Positions 38,851 through 50,591 of a stretch of DNA of 64,000 nt are shown here, piece by piece. The DNA is from Macrostomum lignano (Eukaryota): positions 186,001 to 250,000 of the forward strand of contig NIVC01000570.1 of NCBI GenBank assembly GCA_002269645.1. Reading direction: 5' to 3'. Under the pieces are notes generated by a model. It did no database searches and was not told the DNA's origin. It saw only the letters and a program-made list of their open reading frames with translations. The position numbers and the translations under genes were made by a program. Position 1 is the first letter of the stretch, and each line of letters starts with the position of its first letter.

Positions 38851-39536
38851 CAGATCCAGGTAAATTTCTCAAATTTCTATTTGTCAACTGAGTTGACAAG
38901 TTTACTAATTAGGTGCGTAATTTCTGGGTAAACTCATCAACTCAGTAAAACAAAGCATATAAAAGCAATTTGTGGTAATGAAATACAATTAAAAAAGAGT
39001 TATATCAATAAAAATATCAATAAAAATGCCAATAAAAATCAATTTATTTTTAATTGATTTTTATCAAAAAGCATATATATTACATATATATATTATAACA
39101 GTGTTTATAATATATATATGTAAACAATATACAAATATTTATTTACTTATATTAAATGCATATAATGTTTCTCGCTCTATAGAATTATATATTCTGTAGT
39201 TATATTCTGTAGTTCACTCTATATAATTCTGTAGAGCAAGAAAGATTATATGCATTTAATATAAGTAAATAAATATTTTTATATTGTTTTATATATATAT
39301 TATAAACACTGTTGCTGAAGTCTCATCCTTTACATTATTATAGCTTGACTTTGCCAGTGTTTAGATATCATCAAACATCAATATAATTTTATTAGTTTGA
39401 CTTTTATTGCATTTTACTACACAACCTTTGTTGTCCAATTTGTTCCACATTTACATACACATTGTACTAGTTGACAAATTTACCATAGCTAATAGCGGTT
39501 GACAAATAAAAAGTTGACAAGTTTACCAGCACCCTG
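38851..39536. mobile_element. Degenerate inverted-repeat element containing a nested ~215-bp AT-rich foldback (39097-39313)
   Basis: The outer imperfect ~40-bp TIRs share GGTAAA...TATTTGTCAAC, with TTGGC on both flanks. The inner long palindrome has AACAGTGTTTATAATATATAT... / ...ATATATATTATAAACACTGTT arms. Confidence 0.55.
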
Positions 39537-41099
39537 TTGGCCTTGCATGCTAAAAGTAGGCATGCACAGTTGGCATGCATCACTCTTAATAAAATAATGT
39601 ATGTGTATACCTAGCATGCACTTCATAGAATCATGTGGAAGAGTTATTTTGAAGTAGAAGAAAGATAAAAAAGGTTCATTCTAAGTGCAATTTTAAGCTT
39701 TCTGGGTTTTTAAGCTTGTTAAAAAGCATTTAAACAAATATTTGCATGTACATATCAATTTTCTACTATCAATAATATTATCAAAAAAGCAGAAAAATTA
39801 ACTAAATGATTTGTTAAAAAGGGTTCCTTATGCAATTCAAAAAGGTCATTTATTGTCGCAACATCGGCATAGTTTTGAGAATGGGCATACACTCAATTTT
39901 TTTAGCAAGCATTTGTAATTATTTGATTTTTGTTTGGGCGTGCACCCAGCATGATCTTGACTATGGTATGAATACGTGGGCTAAAGCCACAGGGAATATT
40001 TATCATATAATATAATTCCAATATAGCATCTATCTTCCTAAGACTTGAAGATCTATACCTAATACAAATTGCTACCAATAAAAAATAAATGAAATATATA
40101 GACCTAGGCTTATTAATAGGCCTTATCTATTTAAACATTTAGAGCTATGGCTATCTTGGTCATATACCATTTATAGCCTAGGGCCTATTAATCCATTTTT
40201 ATTAATTTTATACTAGGCTTAGGCATTTATGCCAATGCTAATTTTTTATAAATTTTTAGCATAACTAGGCCTATAACTAAATGGACTAGGCTTATAGGTA
40301 CAAGATCATACTATTAGTAAGAAAAACAAATTTATCATTATATGCTTTATCTAATGAGATATTTTTTGTTTAGTGACATGTTTTACAATATAAGTGGCAT
40401 CATCAGGCAATGAATATTGATAGATTAAACAAAATTGTGCAAAAATATAAATAAGTGATACCAGATAAAGGTAATAAGCAGCAGGAGCTTGTGGCACTAG
40501 GGGTATTGTGCCCTTAAAAATGAGTCCATTTGGCACAATGAATTATGCCCCTTGAATTTTCAAGTTTTAGATATTTTAGTGCTTAGTAATAGCTAATATC
40601 TAAAAACTTTTAGTGCTTTTATGATTTTAGACCATAATTTAGTATGTGATTACTAGTATAAAATAATATCCATTGTTCCTATGCTCCATGCCATGCCTAA
40701 TGCCCTCCTTAAAATATTAGGCTCCATTGCCCTTAGTAAAGGCTAACAAAAGTGGTAATAGGTGATTGCACAGAATAAGAAAATACTGGTCAGAAAATCT
40801 TTAAGTGTACAATAATGCCTCTGTTAAATAGCTGGCTATTGAGAGTAGGTTTAAGCTATTTTTTATATAATGCTTCTAAAGCTGGTGGTTTTTCACTGTA
40901 TTTACCATTGTCTTTGTTTTTGTTTAAATTTAATTGTGGCTTTGCCAATGAATGATAAAGTATTATTGATCATATTTTATTTAGCATTTAATGAATCATG
41001 GTGTTCTTTTGTTTTGAGCTACACTTTTAGTTGATAAAGTAGTAAACAAAGGTAAAATTAGCCTATTATATTATTCTTTTTGCATATTATTACTTAAAG

Positions 41100-41696
41100 T
41101 AGGGGTAGGCAACCTCTAGCAAGAGCAAGAGCCAAATAACCAAATTTTTAAAGGGCTCAGGGGCCAATAACAATCCATATAAAGAAGTGAAATACCATAA
41201 TTGCATCATGTCAGTTTGAAAAAGAAAACATTTTTTTTCTGGGCTTTTAACCTAGGATAGGGATAATAAAGAGAGAATGTAGAGTGAAAGCCCAGGGGGC
41301 AGATGCAGTCATACATGCGCAACAGTTGGCCGAGTCGGCCAATCCGGCCGACCAATTTGGCGGCCAACCAAGGAAGTCGCAAAAATGCCCACCTAAAATA
41401 CCGAAGTAGTAGTACTAATTAGCTGACGAGGCATTTTGACTAAATAAGACAGTCATAGTTACTCTTGCCGTTTACCCAAAGTTGCGTTAATTTTGCTTAA
41501 TGGTTTTCTTACATGTAAGTCGCATTTTTGGCCAAAAACTACGTCGCATTTTGTTAAAACTAAGTCGCATGGCCAACCGAATTTTGGAGGTTGCGCATGT
41601 ATGGATGCAATACTAGTTCATCAAGGACCTTGGGAGCTGGATTAGAAAGCTTTAAAGGCTGGATCTGGCCTTGGGACTAGAGGTTGCTGATGCCTG
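41100..41696. mobile_element. hAT-type MITE with perfect 8-bp TSD, carrying a nested second element (41310-41603)
   Basis: Outer TIRs TAGGGGTAGGCAACCTCTAG / CTAGAGGTTGCTGATGCCTG with TSD ACTTAAAG at 41092-41099 and 41697-41704. Inner TIRs CATACATGCGCAAC / GTTGCGCATGTATG with flanks GATGCAGT / GATGCAAT. Confidence 0.85.
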
Positions 41697-42099
41697 ACTT
41701 AAAGCAATATAAAACACTTGATGATTTACTAAAGCCTATTTAAAAGACTGTTATAAATAAATTCACTATCTTTGTAGATTTCATCAAATATCTTTTTCTT
41801 TTTGAATTTTCCTATTAATTTATTTGAATATTTTTTAGTTTTGTCATAATTAACTATCTTAACCTCCCAATGTATATATTAAAAACTAAAAGTCTGTCTT
41901 TTTTTATAAGCATTACCACAATATTGAATAAAATGAATGTCCCTATATTTAAATGAATTAAAATAAAGACTAAAACATTATTGCTGGGGCATGGGTCAGG
42001 TATAACAATGATTGAGTATTGCAGACAATAACCTAGGCCTAATCTTTCCCTCATGCCAATCGCTGCATTCCAATTGCATTGGCCAGCGCACCAGAGACA

Positions 42100-44944
42100 A
42101 TGGACTCAGACTGCACCAGCAACAATCTGGACAAACAGATTGAAAAGCTACGCCGATGCGAGCTGATTACGGAGGCCGAGGTCAAGGCTCTGTGCGGCAA
42201 AGCTAGAGAAATCCTCATTGAAGAGTCCAATGTGCAGTGCGTTGACGCCCCAGTCACAGTCTGCGGCGACATCCACGGCCAGTACTACGACCTCAAGGAG
42301 CTCTTCAGCCACGGCGGGGATGTGCCCGACACGAACTACCTGTTCCTTGGCGACTTTGTCGATCGCGGCTTCTACTCGGTTGAGACGTTCCTGCTGCTGC
42401 TGGCGCTGAAGGTGCGGTATCCCGACCGCATCACCCTGATCCGGGGCAACCACGAGAGTCGCCAGATAACTCAGGTTTGGAGGGCAATAATTTCAACTCG
42501 AAATTGATTTTCTCCGGTCAGAAAAGTTTCTAGGTATTCTCGAAAAGCAAGAAAATTAAATCTTAACCAATGTTCATCTTTTGATATGTCTTGCCTCTCC
42601 TTTAGCTCCATTGATATTCATAGAGCTATTTGTTCAGAATTAAACGCTTAAATTAAATTAGGCCAATACAGGCCATATTAATGAGAAAGTGGAGCCTAGT
42701 CAATATTGTCCCATTTTTCTGAATGCTTGTACTCTTATTATTCTAGTTAAAATTCAACTTTTTTTACACATTCAATAAGCTGAGCATCACGAAATAGATT
42801 CATAAATCAAGCTGTCATTTTTTATTTTAGACACAGGGCATGTACGTAGGATATAAAATTAACATGGAATCCTTAATTTTCTATAAGAAAGGCAAGATGT
42901 ATCAGAAGATGAACATAGGGTTTGCCTCTTATCAAAAGCACCTACAAATTTTGTGCTGGAAAACAAAGACCTCCATCCTCCGTAATGTAATGGTAAAACC
43001 ACAGATACTAAAATAACTAGATGGGCCACTCAGGCATATATACTTAGTAAAACAGCTTTCTACTTTCAGTTCAGTAGCAAAGAAGAATACATAAGCTATT
43101 TTATACAAATAAAGGCTGCTGAAATGACTTTGATAAGTTTAGAAGCCCAAGCTTGCAGGCGTAAACAACTTGCTAATTGGTTCAGCAATAATGTACATTG
43201 GCCAGTCCACTGAAATGTACATGGCAGCTTTAGGCTGGAAATCCGAGAAGGGCAATAAAAATTGGGGTGGGGCGGGAGTAGTGTGGAAAGGCGCGGTCAG
43301 GGGGGGTTTAAGCTGGGGGTAAGAGCCAATAAATTGAGCCTTGGCTTTAAAGATACATTAAAATTCTTCTGTTTAACTTACTACTGAACTGAAAGTAGTT
43401 AACACGCAAATGTGCTGAGTGGCCCAACTAGTTATTCTAGTATCTGTGGGTAAAACCAGCCTCCCAAAGTAGTTGCTACTGCAGCTAAGCTGACCTCGAA
43501 CCCCTTGTCAAGGTGTACGGTTTCTACGAAGAGTGCAACCGCAAGTACGGCTCCTCCACAGTGTGGCGCTACTGCACCGAAATATTCGACTACCTCAGCC
43601 TCTCCGCCATCATTGACGGCAAAATTTTCTGCGTCCACGGCGGCCTCAGCCCGTCAATCAGCACCCTGGACCAGATTCGGGCCATCGATCGCAAACAGGA
43701 GGTGCCGCACGACGGCGCCATGTGCGACCTGCTCTGGTCGGACCCTGAGGACACCCTCGGCTGGGGCGTGTCGCCTCGCGGCGCCGGCTTCCTGTTTGGC
43801 TCGGATGTGGTGGCGCAGTTCAACCAGGTGAGGCATTGAGCGCGATTTTATACTACTGTCTATTCAGTAGATAGTTGTAGATGAATTTAGTTGCACCCTG
43901 ACCTCTATTGCTCCTGTGTACTTTGCATTGAACACATGAGCGCTTTTGGGAAAAATTAGGACTTTCTGGCAGAATCGTTGAATATCTCGACGGTCCGAAG
44001 GATTGCTGACTTGATTCTTGCTTGAGAAGGTGCGCAACCAAGCTTAGGCAATTTTCTTTAATTGGCCTACCGCAAGTTGGCCTACCACCTGCTTCTTGTT
44101 CTTGCGCGCCTTGGGTCGAATTGTCGCTGGCGTTTGTGTGCCTGCGCTGCTCCGTTACGCCGGTTATGCTGCAGCAAAACATCGTAATGGCTTGGTATTA
44201 TATACACAGATTCTAGAATAACTGGATGGGCCACTCAGCACATTTGCGTGTAAGCTACTTTCAGTTCAGTAGTAAGTTAAACAGAAGCATTTTAATGTAT
44301 TTTTTAAAGCCAAGGCTCATTTATTAGCCCTTTCCACACTACCCCCGCCCGCCCCAATTTTTATTGCCTTTCTCGGACTTCCAGCCTAAAGCTGCCATGT
44401 ACATTTCAGTGGACTGGCTAATGTACATTATTGCTGAACCAATTAGCAAGCTGTTTACGCCTGCAAGCTTGGGCTTCTAAACTTATCAAAGTCATTTTAG
44501 CTGCCTTTATTTTTATAAAAAAGCTTATGTATTCTTCTGTGCTACTGAACTGAAAGTAGAAAGCTGATTTACTAAGTATATATTCCTGAGTGGCCCATCT
44601 AGTTATATTAGTATCCGTAGTATTATACAGCTGTATCCTGCGCTCAGAGTCTCATCGTCGAAATTTCCGTCGAAGTCTACTTATCCGTACCCTTACAGTC
44701 GAACAACATCGAGCTGATTTGCCGAGCGCACCAGCTGGTCATGGAAGGCTATAAATGGCATTTCGCCAGCCAGTCAGTGCTCACTGTTTGGTCTGCGCCC
44801 AACTATTGCTACCGATGCGGCAATGTGGCCGCCATACTCAAACTCGACGACTGTCTTGAGAAAGAGTTCACCATATTCGAGGCGGCGCCGCAAGAGACCA
44901 GAGGCGTACCAGCTAAGAAACCTGTGGCTGAGTACTTCCTTTAG
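42100..44944 (+). CDS. PPP4C: Serine/threonine-protein phosphatase 4 catalytic subunit (311 aa)
   Basis: Exons 42100-42474, 43513-43827 and 44699-44944, all phase 0, GT-AG. PPP motifs GDIHG, GDFVDRG, GNHE and SAPNY are present, with PP4-type [19 protein letters not shown] and C-terminal VAEYFL. The ORF track's start at 42079 is a TTG; the first ATG is 42100. Confidence 0.96.
43000..43448 (+). mobile_element. MITE, copy 1, in PP4c intron 1 (CACAG termini and 8-bp TSD; P-element-like)
   Basis: TIRs CACAGATACTAAAATAACTAGATGGGCCACTCAG / CTGAGTGGCCCAACTAGTTATTCTAGTATCTGTG. Perfect TSD GGTAAAAC at 42992-42999 and 43449-43456. Confidence 0.85.
44203..44619 (-). mobile_element. MITE, copy 2 of the same family, inverted, in PP4c intron 2
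   Basis: Its reverse complement aligns along the length of copy 1 (e.g. GGCGTAAACA, CAGTCCACTGAAATGTACATGGCAGCTTTAGGCTGGAA). Candidate TSD GTATTATA at 44195-44202 and 44620-44627. Confidence 0.82.
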
Positions 44945-46800
44945 AGACCTGTTGAATCTTGTACTTGTATTGTCATGCTTTTGGTGTGAAAACGCATTGC
45001 TTTTTACTTGTGAATTGATCAGAATATTGAATTCTCCTCCTCTCTACCGTTCTCTCCATCCTACCGTCCTCTCCATCCTACCATCCTCTCCACCCCATCA
45101 TCCTCTCCACCCTACCGTTCTCCATCTCCCCTTTCTACCGTCTTCACACCTCCATATTTCTCAACTAAGAAATTTTTAAATTCAAATTGAATCGGACGAA
45201 GTAAAGTTAAAATAAATTATACTCTGTATATCTTGGCCTGTTTTTTTGTTTTTTTACTGATTATTCGCCTGTGCAATTACTGTTGTAATGTGTAATGTAT
45301 TTGTATTTCGGTATTGCAAAAAAGGATAAACAGCTAAATGAAAAATATCGGTGCGAGCTGTAATCTTTCCATTGTTAGCGATCGCATCGCTTGCTTGCTT
45401 TGGATGTTATTCTGCTACTGTTTATCACTTTATGAATTGAATTGAATCGCTGACGCGCCGCTGATTGCCTCTTTGAGTGGCAAAAAATGCAATACTTGCT
45501 GGTGCGCACTTGTCTTTTGTTTATCTATTCGATATCGCTGTGTAATTTAATAATAAACCAACCGCGTTAATAATATTAGTACAGCTAATTTTTATGTAAT
45601 CAATTGAAAGAGACGGCTCAAGGCTAAGTTTGTTTTTGTCGAAGTACACGGTGCACCGTGTGTTACATTAACAAGATAAAATATTTAATTTTTGCCATGA
45701 CATGTCAATAAATATTAGCTAAATGTTACTTTAGGCGATATAAGGTTTCGATGTCGTGTCGTTGCTCTCTTTTATGGGAATGCGAACAGAATCAAGCAGC
45801 ATGGCATGATTGGCGCTGAACGGTACAGTAGTTTGGAATTCAGAATAACACAATCCAGAATAAATTAAATTAAATGAACCCGTGGAAACTTTTAGCTAAC
45901 TAGAGTTGAATCAAAGCAGAGCACACGGAACAGACACGAAAAGCTTGGTTAGCTTGGGGAAAAGCCATTGCACTCGTGCAATAAAAATAACATTTTGGTT
46001 CACCAAGCAGTTATTCTAATTCCCGCTTGAAAACTCTATAATATATCAACAGTAGCGCGTACAATTACAGACTGTCAGAAGTGTATTTAAAAAATCTAAT
46101 GACAACCATTGGTATGAAAGAGACCTGTCAGTCGAAGTAAATCTTGATTTTGTTTTTGAGTAATCGAAAATTTAAACTCGTGCTTAAAAACGATATATAT
46201 TTTAGATAAAAAGTTTTGAACAATCAGGCTATATTTCCGGGTTTTGGCACGAATTTAAATTTTCTATTATTCAACAACGAAATAATCGTCTGCTAGACGA
46301 ATATCGATAACTTTAATGAAGTAACTAAAGTACAGAAAATAATTTGGCTACAAATGAAAACACGATGGTCATTGTTAAATAACGCACGCATACTGTAAGA
46401 TGAGTTTTTTGAAAGCCAATTGACTTGACAAGTACAACAACACGGAAAAAAGTTATAACGCATTCGACCGCCGAACGTAGCTGTCAGCGAGGAGGAAACT
46501 ATGAGGAAGTGCAAGCAACAAAGAAAATCGCTGGATGATGATCATAAGTAGCATAGCATGATTTTCCTTATTATTTGTGTAGCAAAGAATAAAAACTCGT
46601 AATAACTATATATATTTCACTACATATCGGCTCAACTCAAAATAACTATTGATTAGAAATACTTAGTTAGATGCAAACGTTAAGCAACAAGAATAGTACC
46701 ATTAGCAACAAAATAATCCCAGTCTGCTTCCCAAAATGATACTTCAACAAAGGTGATATGCACCGCTGCATAATCGCGCGATTAGAGCAAATCCACCCGT

Positions 46801-49195
46801 TCAGCCGGCGCCACTGCCCTCCATCTGGTCCGTCACGCTCAGTCCATAGATTCGCTTCCGGAATGCCTCCCTGTGCTGCTCTTGTAAACTGCTCTTCGGC
46901 TTGCTCCGCTTCAGATTGCCGTCCCACTGCAGGTCAACCAGACCGCCGCGGCCGGCAATTTGACGCTTCACCCGATTGGCGAAGGCAACCTTAGTGGAAT
47001 TTCATTTCGATACATATCGTCTGAACTTTTGTCAATTATGCTACTGTAGCATCACTGTGCAAAGACTAAATTATGAGGCGAAATGGGGATATTTTGTTAT
47101 GGGGAGGCTCTAGAGAGATTCTAAGGGATACCTGTGGGCGATTCACATGGTTACCTGTGGGAAGTTCTCAGGGATACCTGTGGGCGATTCTCAGGGATAC
47201 CTGTGGGCAATTCTCAAGGATACCTGTGGGCAATTCTCAGGGATACCTGTGGGCAATTCTCATGGATACCTGTGGGCAATTCTCAGGGATACCTGTGGGA
47301 AATTCTCATGGATACCTGTGGGCGATTCTCAGGGAGCCTGTAGGAAATTCTCAAAGAAATTTAAGAGCGAATTCCCAGGGACAATTAAGGGGCGATTGTC
47401 AGAAATTGTCAGACGATTCTAAAGAAGCTCGTGGGCGATTCTCGGCAATACAGTATTGAGAGAGCGACCAAACTCACGGAACTCTCGCCCTCCTGCTGAA
47501 TCTGCGGCGGCAGATACCAGACGTCAGCAACAATGGCCCAGCTGGTCATCATCATGAACAGGTAGGTGACCATGCCGCAGGCGGAGCTATTCCAGAAGCA
47601 GTCGGCAAATCTCGGATCGTATTTGATGGCCACCGGGTAGACAACGCCGCCAGCTTCGAAGCCGCCTTTACGGAACATCATCACGGAGGTGTTGTTGATG
47701 CAGGTGCCCTCGGGGAAGATCAGCACAGGCGGCAGGCCTGGTGTGGACACGTGCTCCTCAAGTTTGCGTTTGACAACGCTGGCATCGCTGGATTCCGAGC
47801 GTTCGAACCAGATGTGCGGCGAGGTCCGGTGCAGGGTCTTCTGCATGAAGCCGGTGAAGCCGCCATGGCTCTGGCCCACTATAGAGAACACCTGGACGGG
47901 TGGGGCGCGAGCGGGCATCGATTTCAGGGCGATTCGAAATGCAGGTTGATCTACGATAACTACGTAGAACATGTGTAGGCAAACTACGGCCCGCTCAATG
48001 TTTGTCTCCTCTCAGCGTTATCATTCTCTCTAATCTCCTTTCTTCTCTTCTCCTCTCCTCTCGATCCTCTACTCTCTCCTCTCCTCTTCTCTTTTTCTCT
48101 TCTCTCTCCTCAGGCTGGCAAACTCCGGCCCCGCAAAGCCTCTCTATCCGGCCCTCGGGGTCGTTTACCTCACAATCCGGCCCGCTCAATGTTTGTCCCC
48201 TGGCAGCGCTATTCTCTCTAATCTCCTCTCCTCTCTCTTTTCTTCTCTCCTTTCCTCTCTTCTCTACCCTCTCCTCTCCCTTGATCCTCTACTTTCTTCT
48301 TTCCTTCTTCCTCTCTCCCTCTCTCCTCTCCTTTCCTCTTATCTCGCCCCTCCTTTCTTCAATATTCCCTTCTATACTACAGGCGTGAGCAAAGCACAAC
48401 AACAGCAATTGGCACCTGTCTGCAGCCCAGCACAACAACATCAATCGGTGAGGTGTGATTGGCCACGCAGATGCCGTTATTCTGCGGCATGTTCTCAACG
48501 TCGTGAAAGCGCAGCACGGCCGAGAACGCCCTGGCAAAGAGTCGGAAAGCTGTCGGGGTCAGGATTGAGTTGAGGTAGCGGCGCAGGCCGGGCCAGGGCA
48601 GCAGCGCAATGATCAGCGACCCAATGACCAGGTACAGCACGGCGGTGAGGGCCAGAAGCATCCGGAATGGGAACAGGATGCAGTAGCGCAGAAAGCAGCC
48701 CAGCACCCAATAGCAGGTGAGGCGGCTGCTAATGAACTGATACTTATTAGTTCGGGTCAGCAGATTCCACGAGGCCAGGTCTTCCGCAGCGAACCGTTTC
48801 GTCACCTCATCCTCGATGATGGACTCGATGCCGCTCTGCACAAACACGCACAGGTCGGACAGGTGGAATGGCCGCTTCTGACTCGATGTTGAAGCCTTCG
48901 ATGGGTCGTCGCTGCTGGCGCAGTCGGCGTGCAGCAACTCGATGCCCTCGGTGGTGAGCTTGGCGTGCCGTTGAATTAGTCGATTGTCTCGGCTGAGATT
49001 GTCACTGCTCTCCTTCCTAGACGGCGGCCTGCGCTTCTCAACGGCCTGCTCAAACAGGTGCAGCAGTATCCTGATGTACAGCCGGCGGATGCCGAAGGAG
49101 AAGTTGAATACGGCAAGCAGGGTGGCCACTAGCAGGACCAGACCGACTAAGCGGCCGATCAGCTGCACCGCCCAGTAGAATGCTTCCAGCGGCAT
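46801..49195 (-). CDS. GPAT4: Glycerol-3-phosphate acyltransferase, GPAT3/GPAT4 (AGPAT9/AGPAT6) type (460 aa)
   Basis: Exons 49195-48416, 47891-47478 and 46989-46801, all phase 0. It has acyltransferase motif I NHTSPID, plus WFERSE, PVLIFPEGTCINNTSVMMF, MTSWAIV and GGLVDLQWDG. GPAT3 and GPAT4 cannot be told apart from this sequence. Confidence 0.93.
47123..47335. repeat. 23-bp minisatellite (GGGATACCTGTGGGCAATTCTCA) in GPAT intron 2
   Basis: Period 23 (GGGATACC at 47171 and 47194); about 9 units. Confidence 0.9.
47985..48365. mobile_element. Fragments of the Charlie-like MITE family with CT-rich core, in GPAT intron 1
   Basis: CAGGCTGGCAAACTCCGGCCCCGCAAAGCC...CACAATCCGGCCCGCTCA resembles the left arm at 27918 onward. 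The segment CCCGCTCAATGTTTGTC occurs twice. Confidence 0.55.
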
Positions 49196-49789
49196 GCAAC
49201 GAAGCGAGTAGATTAGCAATCCGTTTTGTAGTGTTAGAATCGAGCTTTTTATTGTATATGGCCCATATTAGAGAATTTGGGCTTTTTATCGTTTTCGTGA
49301 AATTCGAAGGAATATCATTTCAGTAAAGAAGTTTTTGTCTCAAAAAGCAAATGTATGCATTCGATAGTCTATGGTACATAGGGATGTTGGATCGTATCGT
49401 ACGCAGTCCAAAATGATTTAGAGTTCCCTCGCGTCGCGTTCAAGCAAAAACTAATAAAGTTGAAGTTGATCGCAGATGAGCAAAGAGCAATACATGATAT
49501 TCCTTCATCCATGTTTCACAGGGATGCAAGCCTTGACCATAGAAAAACAAGAAATTTCAACAGACAAAGATGGATATGGCAGGTGAAGTATTAATTTAGC
49601 AAGCAGAGCTTCACCCCGAACAGCTTAAACGGCGAAGATATTATCAGAATATATATATCGGTTTCGATTTCAACATGTACAGCCCCAATTTCCTAATCGG
49701 TTTCTCTATAGAACTATAGACCCCATTTTCAGCCTATAGACCCCAGGACCAGATAAACAACCTATAGAACACGACTGTGAGCCGGAGGA

Positions 49790-50591
49790 AAGAAGAGATG
49801 AGAGAAGAGATGAATTAGGAGAGGGAGAGGAAGGAGAGGAGGAGAGGGGAGGAGAGAGTAGAGAATCGAGGAGAGAGGAGAGGAGAGAGATGAGAGAGTA
49901 GAGGATCGAGAGAAGAGAGGAGAGGAGAAGAGAGGGGAGGAGAGAGAAGAGGGAAGGAGAGAGGAGAGGAGAGAGTAGAGGAGAAGAGAGGAGAAGAGAG
50001 AGTAGAGGAGAAGAGAGGAGAAGAGGGAAGGAGAGAGGAGAGGAGAGAGTAGAGGAGAAGAGAGGAGAGGAGAAGAGAGGGGAGGAGAGAGAAGAGGGAA
50101 GGAGAGAGGAGAAGAGAGGAGAAGAGAAGAGAGGAGAGGAGAGAGTAGAGGAGAAGAGAGGAGAAGAGAGGAGAAGAGGGAAGGAGAGAGGAGAGGAGAG
50201 AGTAGAGGAGAAGAGAGGAGAAGAGAGGAGAAGAGAGGAGAAGAGGGAAGGAGAGAGTAGAGGAGAAGAGAGGAGAAGAGAGAAGAGAGGAGAAGAGAGG
50301 AGAGGAGAAGAGAGGAGAGGAGAAGAGAGGAGAGGAGAGAGGAGAGGAGAGAGTAGAGGAGAAGAGAGGAGAAGAGAGGAGAAGAGGGAAGGAGACAGGA
50401 GAGGAGAGAGTAGAGGAGAAGAGAGGAGAAGAGAGGAGAAGAGGGAAGGAGAGAGTAGAGGAGATGAGAGGAGAAAGGAGAGGGAAGTGAGAAAAGAGAA
50501 TAGGGCCGGATTGCTATTGTGAGGCTTCAAAGGATCCCCAAAGACCGGACAGAGAGGATTTGAGGCCTGCGGTCCAGAGTTTTCCGACCCC
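49790..50591 (-). mobile_element. Charlie-like MITE arm (50500-50591, inverted) attached to a ~700-bp GA-rich polypurine tract
   Basis: The reverse complement of 50503-50591 begins CAGGGGTCGGAAAAC and contains TCACAATAGCAATCCGGCCC, shared with the 27918 element. 49790-50500 is almost purely A/G. Confidence 0.65.
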
